In this document: one piece after another, positions 13,291 to 23,850 of the stretch
Layout of the letters: every line of letters begins with the position of its first letter
How positions within the stretch are numbered: the first letter of the stretch is position 1
Made by a program: the position numbers and the translations under genes
The notes under the pieces: model-generated
Database searches by the model: none
What the model saw: only the letters and a program-made list of their open reading frames with translations
Told to the model about the DNA's origin: nothing
Assembly: GCF_036321535.1 (NCBI RefSeq)
Contig: NC_087447.1
Location: forward strand, 47,122,001-47,186,000
DNA length: 64,000 bases
Direction of reading: 5' to 3'
DNA from: Camelus dromedarius
Taxonomy: Eukaryota

Positions 13291-14530
13291 ACAACAGTAC
13301 ATTCAATGGAACCTTAGAAACCATTTAGTCACAATGTTTTCATTTCACAGAGGTAAACTAAGCTTCAAGGAGGGGCAGCGCTAGTCCAAGGTCACCCAGT
13401 CAGTGAGTGGGGGAGCTGGGATCATAACCTCTGTTTTGTCTGTCTCAGCCCAGTGACCTAAGTGCTCTTACTCTAGACACGGAGGACATTTGCCACTAGG
13501 TGGGATCTGCCATCCTTAATCATATCAAAATACTTCAGCCAATTTGCCCACAAGAGACTCCACAATTCTGGAAAGAGCACAAGACTGATAGTGAGAAACC
13601 AGGTCTTCTAGTTCCAGTCCTGCCGTGATCTTGCGTTCACGTCTGTTAGTTTGTTTTGACACTCACTCACTCTCGACCAAAGGCAAGTTACAACATACCC
13701 CTGGGCTCGAGCCTCCTCAGGACGAAAACAAGTTATCTGTTTTAGGTTTCAGAGATTTAAAATGTGTGCCCCACAGCAGGGCCTCCAAGGAAGCTCCCGG
13801 AGAAGGAAGGGACAAGCCAGGTGGGTGGGGCAAAGAGCCACCCCTCCTTCAACCAGAACAGCTCTACTTTCCTCTGACTTATTCGTTTAGACTTCGATAA
13901 GATTTCCCATCACTGGACTTCATGATTTCTGAGGTCCCTGCCAGCTCTGAGATTTGTGATTCTAGTTACTGAATTCTGCCAAGTGGTTCCTGAGTTACAG
14001 CTCAGTGGCTGGGAGGTGCAGAAGGCAGCCTGTTCTTAGGGGGTTCAAAATTCTGGTTGAGAAGATCAAATTAAGGTGGAGATTTTTTTTTTTTTTTGGC
14101 TCAGACTCTATAACAGGCTCTCTGGAATGTGTGTGGAGGGGTGGGGTCAGGGAATAGTTCTAGAAGGAGTGAAGATGGGAAAAGATTACTTGATGAGGCT
14201 ACAGAATACATTAGGCCTGGGGAAATAGTACTTGGGCCCAAGATTTTGTCTTGTTATCCACCTTCCTATGAGAAGGAGCTGGAAAGCCCACTACTTTAAA
14301 AACCAAATTTGAAGGTTAGTCCTCAGAAGCCAAAAGTGGCCCAGGCCTCTTTCTGGTCATAAAAGGGGCAGTTTCTGATTCTTGATGAGACTGGAGGTTG
14401 GATTTGTATTTAAATAGACAATAATCACCTAAAAAGAAGTGGCCTTTGGTGTGGATCCTGACATAATTTAATGAGTAAAAGATTAACTGCAGCATGGAGT
14501 AACCACTGGCCTCTTTTCTCTGAGACTTAC

Positions 14531-14628
14531 CTTGGCCTCAGAAGTTCTTAAAAGCTTCATCACCTCCCCTTCTCGAGCATAATCCAAAGGTGTGTGTCCC
14601 ATTTCATTCCTCTGCAGGGGACTGGCTC
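14531..14628 (-). CDS. CLPB: CLPB internal exon (human exon 7 equivalent), last ankyrin repeat and linker
   Basis: 98 bp; acceptor ttctcctcctgtcAG, donor AAG|GTAAGT. Encodes (G)[32 protein letters not shown]. It is absent from the supplied ORF track and was read directly from the sequence. Confidence 0.96.
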
Positions 14629-16194
14629 CTGACAGGAGGAGAAGGAGAAACAGTGCCTCTATGAGTGATCAGTGGGCCGACACTCTTCCCTCAGAAGTGG
14701 CTTGGGCCTTGATTTCAGTGTGGGGAACACTCAACGGAAATATGGAACAACAAAAACCTAAGAGATTGTAGAATGATGGGGAAAAACACATCAAGATACT
14801 CTGAAAGAGGAGTTCTTAGTCTCACTGACACAGAGGTCGGGGTACTGGGGCTCCTACATGTGCATGCACATGTGTGCAGAAACATACTACCCGCAGAGAG
14901 AGGTGCCACACACATAGATATGCTAAACACACACAGGTGTGCTGTGAACACACAGATACACACAGCTGAATATGCTAACTAATATACCAACACACATATA
15001 GATTAATACACCCCAACACCACTGCACTATTCCTTAAAATGCCTGCATTATCAAACTCATTTACATACAGATGACTATTCATTCATAAAAATCATGTAAA
15101 AATCTAAAGCACAGAATATCCCAAATAACAATGAAAAGGCCCCCTTCTTTCTGCTCTCTGCCCCTTTCTCTCTTCCCTTCAGGCACTGCCTCCCTGCTAA
15201 ACATAGTCCGCTGGAAGGGTGAGGCCATCACCAGCAACCTGGCTGCGCCAGCCCTCACCAGTGCCAGCGTGCACATGGGCAGGCATTTCCTCCAATCATT
15301 ATTAGGTCCTGTGATTTGAGGACAAAGAAAAGGCCAGTTGGGGGCCATGTATCCACCTTCTCTCACTTTTAAGTGCAGAAAGCTGATGAGCCTGCAGAAA
15401 GTGTCTGCTTGGTGCAAAGCCTTGGCAGTTATGGAGGAAAGGCTATTCTAACCCCTATGCTGACAAAATCTTCTTCCCAAAGCCCAGGTCTGAGCACCTC
15501 ACTTTCCTCTTCAGAAATTGTCCATTCCATTAAATTTGTCAAATCCTGAATGAGTGGGGCCTTCAGATGTGGAAGAATAAGATTTAGTCCTGCCCTAAAG
15601 GCACTTTCACGGCAGGAAGACAGACACGTGACGCGAACTGTGCCTTGAACGGACAGATGCTCAAGAACTATGTGTTAAATGGAACATTAAGGTAATGGTT
15701 AACCAGCATTCCTTGATCCTTTCTGCTAGGGAAGTACTGTCTAGATGTAAAGAAGGGTTAAGACCCAATCCCTGCCATAAAGAGGTAGTAAGTTGGCTGG
15801 GGACACTAAATACACAGGCAAGGATGCATCACCACGAGGTCTGGCTTAGGAAGAGATGTCTAGCCACTGTTTGTTGATGGATAGTAAAAATCAGTGTTTC
15901 TCAATCCAGGCTGTGGAAACATTTAAATTATGATATAAAACCTTTCCTATTGAAACTCTCTGCTTCTTAGAGAATTGTAAACTTATCAATAATGGCAAAC
16001 ATTTATTAAGCATTTACAAATGGCTGTCTGCCTGGCCTGCAGAGAAAGAGGTCTGAAAGGAGGAGGGGAAAGGGACAGAAAGCAGAAAGTACTATCCAAG
16101 TCAAGGAAACTTATTATCAACAAGAAAAATTACAACTTTTATGTATGATCCTATTTTCTAATAGGAATTTGGTGTGAAATAATAACATAGGTAA

Positions 16195-16625
16195 TTTTTA
16201 TTGAGATATAATTCACACATCTTTTAAAGTATACAATTCAGTGGTTTAAAATATACTTACAACATCATACAACCATCACCACTATCTAATTCCCATTTCT
16301 ATGGAATCATACAGTATGTGGTCTTTTGCATCTGGCCTTTTTCTTTTAGTATGTTTTCAAGGTCCATCTATGTCGTGGCATGTGTCATTCATGCTACAAC
16401 ATGAATGTAGAAATATAGCAGATACTTCATTCCTTTTTTACTGAATAATTGACTCATATTCCATTTTGTGGACATACTTCATTTTGTTTATCTATGCATT
16501 AGTTGGGACATTTAGGTTGTTTCCCCCTTTTGGCTATTATGAATATGCTGCTATGAACATTTGTGTACAAGTCTTTGTGTGGACGCATGTTTTCATGTCT
16601 CTTGTCTCTTGGGTATATATCTAGA
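16195..16625 (-). mobile_element. L1MB-like 3' fragment
   Basis: 'ttttattgagatataattcaca...tggctattatgaatatgctgctatgaacatttgtgtacaagt'. Confidence 0.85.
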
Positions 16626-17804
16626 AGTGGTGATGATGATGATGATATTAACAGCCACTGGTACTCAGCACTTACTTACTCAGCACTTACTATGTGCGCT
16701 CTGTACTTTATATATACTACATCATTTACTCCTTACAACCATCCTGAGGGGTATAAATTATAATTTCCATGTTACAGACTCAGAGGAGTGAGAGAATTAG
16801 CTAAAAAGTTACAAAACTCGTTATCTGCTTGGATTAGGAATCAAATCCACCCCAGGTTTTCTTTTTTTAAAAATTTATTTAAATAATTTACTGAGGTGAA
16901 ATTCACAATCTAGAAATTAACCATTTTAAAATGAACAATTCAGTGGCATTCAGTACATTCACAATGTTGTGCAAACACCACTTCTATCTAGTTCCAAAAC
17001 ATTTCCATCACCCAAAATAAATACCTCAGGTTTTCTTAACTCCAATTCTCCACACTCCCACCAGGACAGCCATGACACACACTGGCTGAAAAATCATTCT
17101 GTGGCTTTTCACTGCTTACAGGATAAAATGCAACCTCTGGGCTCTTCCTAAATAGTAGACAAGTCCTCAGTGGCTCAGCTGGAGCCTCATTCTTCAATTT
17201 TGTTGGCACTTAATATCTGTAGGGCCCTGTATGCAGGATGATGGGGGAAACAGCAAAGCCAATGAATAGTTTCTGTTTTATATTTCTTGATCACTCTGTA
17301 GCAACTGATATCTTGGCCACTCTCTCGTTTGAGTTCTAAAAACCACTTTTTAGGTTTTCCTCACACCCCTCTGACCATTCTTTCTCTGTCTCTTCTGCAA
17401 GCTCCTCTTAAGAGTTCAAGTCTAGGCACAATTCTAGCTCTCCAGAAGATAATGGGGATGAGAGGTGACCACGCAACTACAGCTCAGTCCAAGTGTGATC
17501 AGTGTGCCAAAGGAGTAGACAGCAGGACTGTATGGGCTCAGGAAGGAACACAGTGTCAAGGGGTTTGTTCACCTGGCCCAGTTTTCCCAGTCCAGCCCTG
17601 TTCTCTCTGGTGCTGAGCACTGAGGGTTCAAGGGGCAGTGGCAGACAGCATCCTCCCCTTCCCCAAAGCTCCTGGACCACAGCTAAGGCCAAAAGAGAGC
17701 TACAATCAAGCAGCAATAAAGCCTCTCCTTTCTCAGGCAGCCTCAAGGGGAGCTCTGTCACTAGATATGAGCTGAAGTGTAAGAGGGATCAGGGAAAGAC
17801 CTCT

Positions 17805-17940
17805 GGAAAGGAAAGAAAAGGAGAGAGAAGAGAAAAAGAGAAACAGATAAGGAAGAAAGAAAGAAATGGGACAGAGAGAATGGGAGGGGGAGAGGAAGAG
17901 AAGGGAGAGAGGAGGAGAGTGGAAGAAAGAAGAGAGGGTG
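17805..17940. repeat. Purine-rich (GA) low-complexity tract
   Basis: About 136 bp of almost only G and A on the + strand. Confidence 0.9.
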
Positions 17941-20096
17941 CTATTAGCCTCTTCAAACAAGTGCTGTCAGTGATCTATATTTGCTTACAGAATGAAAAAT
18001 GTGTGCCATAAACACTGGCCACTGAGTAATTTCTAGTAGGAGTCGTGTCACTTCTCATAAAGGATGGGATGGGGACAGGTAGGACGTCTCTGAACCTGGG
18101 CCAGCCAGCACAAGGATGCCTTTTACAGCAGTGCCGGGCCTGTTTCCAGCCCAGGAGGATCTCAGTGAGGCCCCACTCCAGCCAACCCTGAGTAGGGAAG
18201 CCAGTCAGGCTCCCCAAGGTTCCAGAGCCTCGGGGCAGCATGTCTGCTCCTACTTTAGGAAGGCTGAGGCAGGGGCACCATGGATAATGTCCATCTAATA
18301 TTAGTCCCCCAGCCCCTGCACCCTTGCTCTGATGCTCTGACTTGACTAATTGCTGTAATAATTGATAGAACCTGACTTCTACAACTGATCGATTTCACCT
18401 CCATGACCAACGGCCACAAACCATTACACTCCAATAAATAACCATGTTGGGCCTCACCCGCCTGCCCTCTCCGGGGGCATCAGGATGGCCCGTGCCCTGG
18501 CCTGACCTCCCCTTGTCTCCCACCCAGGGCCCCTCCAGGCCGAGCAGCTGGTCTAGAGGGTCAGGCCTCTGGGAGTGAGTCAGAGGGCTGGATGGAGGTG
18601 GGGCACACTAATCGCAGGCCATCCGTCACCTCCCACTGGCTGTCTGGGGCTGGGGCCAACACCTGGAGCACCCCAGGCAGTATAGTGCAGGACCCTTCCC
18701 CTCCTCTCCCTGCTCCAGATTAGTGTGCCCCAGCTTATAATATTTGATGAATAGCAGACTGGCTTCCTGGCAGCACTGCTGCGGCTGCGCCTGCCTGCTA
18801 CAGCTGTGGAAGGTCACTCATTGGGGAAATATGTTTCTGTCAGTGGTATTGAAAAAAGTTTAGTGGAGTGACAGGCCTCAATTTTTCAAATTTTATTAAC
18901 TCCATCCTCTTAACCATTTGTCTTGAATTCCTTCAGATTCTGGGGGATCTGTCAATAGGGCTTGGGCCAGGAAATTAGGGTGGGGTGGATGGTCATGGAC
19001 TGGTCCTGATTGGTGCCAGTGACTGGCTTGGCTCTCAACACCAAAGGTAGGTAGGGGAAGGCACTGGAAATGGTGTTGATGGGACAGAAGGCTTGGCCCA
19101 CTGGGACCCAGGGAGCCCACTGCTCTTCTCTGGTACAGCAGCTGCCTTTGGTTTGATACAATCATAGGCTTTCTGAGTGGAAAAAGACCCTAACGGCGAG
19201 CTCTTCCAATTCCCTGAGACTCCCCTCTACTATATCCAAAACAGGTGGGTTACCCTGGCTCCCCTGAACATGCCCAGAATCCAGCCCCCAGCTCACGGCC
19301 CTCCAAGGGGTTACCACAACTAAACTGATGGCAGATTCTTTTCGTATGGGCCCAACCTCTCTCTCCAATCCCACTCCCACCTTGGACTTCCTGTAGACAC
19401 CAGTTTATCTTTTAAGACTCAGTTCAAGCTTCTTCTCCAGGAAACCTTCCTTGTTTTTCCCTCCCACCCCAGGTTTGGTACCATCTTCAGTGCTCCCACA
19501 GGCCCTTCTGCTTCTGTCTTACTGCACTAATCACTGTGTTTAAACAGTCTGTCTCCATCCAAGACTGAGGACTCTCAGAAGTTAGGGACCATGGCTGATC
19601 GACTGCTATATCCTGACTACTCAGCACAGAGCCTGGCAGAGAACAGGTGTTCAATGAGATTTACCAAATGAATGGGCTTCTTTCCAGGTGCTATCTTCTG
19701 AGGCCATGCACAGCATGTCTATTCCTCCTGCCCTAGAAAAGCCCTTCTCACAGCAAGTGTGTGACCATGTTCCTTGCTCCTGTAGGCCAAAGCCCCCAGT
19801 CTCTTTGCTGTCCCTAGGCACCTCTTTGTCTGGGTGGCAGATAAGGTCAGGTCAGGCTCCAACACTCTCTATACTCTGGGTGGGAAGGAGGGAGGAAGAG
19901 GTTGGAGAGAGAGGCCAACTTGCCCTTCCTGGGGATAGTGCTGAAATCAGAGTGGGAGATGGGATTCAGAACTTCTTTGTGCTGGGGGGAACAGCTCATA
20001 AGCAGCAGGGTAGGGAAAGAGGCATGTTACTGCCTCTTCCCGTGATACCACTCTGTTCTGGCCCTCTGTTACCTCTGTGAATATCAAAGAAGATAA

Positions 20097-20638
20097 TGTG
20101 TGCACTATTTACAATAGCCAAGACATGGAAGCAATCTAAATGTCCATTGACAGATGACTGGATAAAGAAGTTGTGGTATGTATTTATACACTGCAATACT
20201 ACTCAGGCATAAAAAAGAATAAAATAATGCCATTTGCAGCAACATGGATGGACCTGGAGATTGTCATACTAAGTGAAGTAAGTCAGAGAGAGAAAGAAAA
20301 ATACCACACTTACATGTGGAATCCAAAAAAATATGACACAAATGAACTTCTTTACAAAACAGAAACAGACTCACAAACAAACTTAAAGTTACCAGGGTGG
20401 AAAGGGGGAGTGGAGGGATAAAGTGGGAGTTTGGGATTTGTAGATACTAACTACTATCCATAAAATAAACAAGGTCCTACTGCATAGCACAGGAAACTAT
20501 ATTCAATACCTTATAATAGCCTATAATGAAATAGACTATGAAAAGGTATATATACACACACATAAAAATAACTGAATCACTATGCTATACATCAGAAATT
20601 AACACAACACTGTAAACTGACTATATTTCAATAATAAA
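20097..20638 (+). mobile_element. 5'-truncated L1 (ORF2 end and 3' UTR), artiodactyl type, with candidate TSD
   Basis: Translates to the L1 ORF2 C-terminus (KKNKIMPFAATWMDLEIVILSEVSQREK) and has an A-rich tail. 'aagataa' flanks it at 20090-20096 and 20639-20645. Confidence 0.9.
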
Positions 20639-22994
20639 AAGATAACATATGTAAGAGAGCTTTAAATAACACAATAGTAACTGCTCTATACAGACATGTG
20701 AGGCTATATTATCAGTAATACTGACATGCTTACCCACTCCCTCCCACCCTCCACAGTTCTATAGGATCCTGGCCTTCTAGTGATACCGAGCTACCACCCT
20801 GCAGTTACCATGACTCACCCTTCTCCTACACGCAGCTGGCTCCCTGTCCCCTAAAAGAACACATGGCCTGAGAGCCAGTAGGGATGAGGTTACCACTCTC
20901 TGGCTGTGAGACTGGGGTACCTGCTTCACTTCTCTAGTGGTAATGATTGCTGCCCTGCCTACCTCTAGGGGTTCTATTTGGACTGAATAAGAGAAAAAGC
21001 TTGAAAACGACTGAGGAGGGTAAGACTGTACAGGCTGTACAATGTTCTTGTAGCAACTTTTACATTCACTCTTCCTTCCCATTTTTACTGCTGGCTCCTT
21101 TTCCACCTTCATCCTGATTTTCACTATTTCAACAGTCTGTTTACTATCTCTAATTAAAAGTTTTTTGTTGAATATTAAAGAAATCTTTCCCATGATCAGA
21201 GACATTAATGTGGAGTGATCTATTCTTTTTGTCTGCGAGCTCCCCATCAAGGAAGCATTTCCAAGAGACAGAACGACCACGTAAGAGAAGCCGTGCACCT
21301 GCTCTATCTCCACACTCATCTTTGCTCACCTCCACACTGTTGTCTGGGCCATTCCTCAGGCTTGGAACCCCGCTCCTTGTCTCCCTGACTATCTAGACCT
21401 TATCCCTTCTTCAAGGCCCCTTCTCTGCAATACCTCCCCTACACCTTCCGCTCTCAATGCTCATCATTCATGGGCTCCTATTGTCTTCCCCACTCCTCCT
21501 TTTCCTGGGAGACCATCTCTGATTAGTCTTCACAGCTAGTCTGTGTGTAGCTCCTCAGGTCAGAGACGGACCGATTTTCCTGTGTGTTCCCAGAGGCTGA
21601 AGGGGAGAGAAAAGACTGTCCAGAATGCTGCAGGAAGCACAGCAGCACTGGTAATAGAGACCTGCTTCCTGAGCTTTTCCCCCAAATCACACCACTGAAT
21701 GTTCTCAACACGCACACACACACACGTGCATCTGCAGATATGCCTCCCGGGAACAAGAACCTTTACTGAGCGCTTACTATGTGCCATATCCCATGCTGAC
21801 TACTTCCTTCAACTTAATTCTTAATAAGAATTTGATGAAGAAGGCAGGAGAGGTATTATTTTCTTCATTTTACAGATGATTTAACTGAGTTTGGTGGAAG
21901 AGCAAGGTGAAAGGAGATGGGCTACCATTTGTTGGGTGTAAGGCCTTCACACATAGTGTCTGAATTATTCATCATACAAAGACTCTGAGAAAACAGAGGC
22001 TCAGAGAGCTGAAATAATTTGCCCACAGTCATCCAGCAGATAAATGGTAAAGCTGGGATTTAAAGCAAGGGTTTATTATACTATTCTATCTTTTGTATAT
22101 GTTTCAAATTTTACACAACTCCTTTTCCTTCCATTCAGGGCTCCCCTGTCTGGGGTGAATGGTGACTCACATTAGCTGGCCCGGAGAAGGTCATTTGGAA
22201 GTCCTAATTCTCTGACAGACACAGTCAGGTGGGATCTACTGCCTTCATGGAGGTGGATTTCTATGGAACAGAGAGCTATTGCCTCATGCCCAGACCCAGC
22301 CATCCCACTAAAATCCACTGAGTATCTAACTTTGGGCCAGGGACTGGGCACACAGTGAAATCAGACTGGGTCTTGCCCTGGAGAGAACCCAGACTGGTAG
22401 GAGACAGACAGGGACAGAAATAATGACAATATAGTGTGGTGTCAGGGGGCGAGGAGAGGAGGAGGATGAGCTCCCTCCCCCGACCACAAGGGAGTCACAC
22501 ACTGTGTAGCTGGGGAGATGCGCAAACACAGTACTAGCTGGAGAAGGGCAGAAGGTGCTGTACTGAGTAAGAACTAAGGGAGAAAAAGACTAGAGAAAGC
22601 CTGGGGAAGGGAAGGTCAGAGGCCAAGGTCATGGAGACTGTGAGTGGGAGAAGGTAAACTAGAACCCAAGCCTTCCAGTCCAAGGCTCTTCCTACCTGCC
22701 CCCAGCCCCATCCCATAAGCTTTCAGTTCCAGCACTGACCAGAGGGACAAGACTACACTGGGCTCTCACTGTTCTCTTCAGTGTGCCAAATTCCTCTTCA
22801 CCTACCACTCAGACCCAACATTATGCAAAGTCCAGCTCCATTTTCCCTTCTCTGAAGCTTTCTCAGATCACTGCAGCCTACATAAACCACTTTCTCCTAT
22901 GAAGCCCTAGAGCACTTACTTATCACACACTTTTCATACATACATGTCTTGTCCCCAAAATTAGATGCATTACTAAAGGGATGCTTTGTGAATG

Positions 22995-23850
22995 CCTAGA
23001 AATGGAAATGGTGATGATCACGAGGCATCAGGATGGGTTCATGGAAACCAAGTCATGCCAGACTAACCTCATTTCCTTTCTTCACCAGGATTACCTATGT
23101 TTGCTCAAGCAGGTACAGTCAGGGCAAATGTGGACTTCCTCAGACATCTGCTGGGGTGTCTCAGGACAACTCTGAGGACACAATGGAGAAATCTGGGCTG
23201 AATGCCAGTACAGTGTGGAGGGTTAGTAAGTGACTGATGGACTAACCAGACCCAAGGGGCAGTGTGGAATGACTGATAGATCAGAGGTGACCTAGAAGGA
23301 AGTTTCCAGTGGCAGCAAAAAGGCTCATCCCTGGTTCAGCATGTTTATACCTGATACGGAGATGGCCTGTTCATCAAATCTACGGAAGTCATATTAGGGT
23401 GGGAAGACCACCAAACACACCTTGTGGAAGATGGATATTAAGAGATGAAACATATGAGGTAAAAATTAATGGAGATAAATTGGAAGTCATGGATTTTGGA
23501 TGACAAAATGGAGACTGTTCTGGGAAGAGTGATCAAGACAGGAAAGGGTTTAGAAGTCATGTGAGAATAATGGTTTAAGGAACTGGGGGTTTAGGCTGGA
23601 GAAAAAAATAACTCAGGAGAACATGCCTGCAGTTTTAGGGACTTGAACGGCCATCACGTGGAACAGGGATTAGATTCATTCTATATGAACCCAATGGTAA
23701 AACTAAGACCCCTGGAAGTAGATTTTTGCTCAATACAAGAAATTTCCAACCATTAGAAAATCCAAAGATAGAATCTGAGCAGCCTCAAGAACAAATGAAT
23801 TCCCCAGCACTGGAAATACTCAAGCACTGAATGGGCGACCATGTGGTAGG
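22995..23850 (+). mobile_element. L3/CR1 LINE relic (reverse-transcriptase region and 3' part)
   Basis: Remnant peptide HQDGFMETKSCQTNLISF resembles the CR1 RT motif QHGFxKxKSCxTNLISF. Downstream text 'aaggaactgggggtttaggctggagaa' is also CR1-like. Confidence 0.8.

Noticed and set aside
14626..14631. NAGNAG (CAG GAG) tandem acceptor at exon 7
   Set aside because: GAG is rarely used as an acceptor, and nothing here indicates use.
16662..16691. Perfect 15-bp tandem duplication tactcagcacttact
   Set aside because: This is ordinary slippage inside a MIR remnant.
17502..18011. 169-aa Glu/Arg/Lys-rich ORF
   Set aside because: The stop-poor GA-rich tract produces it.
20777..21319. 180-aa minus-strand ORF, the longest in the track
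   Set aside because: It has a non-ATG start, no recognisable domain and no convincing splice signals. This length is plausible by chance across six frames of 64 kb.
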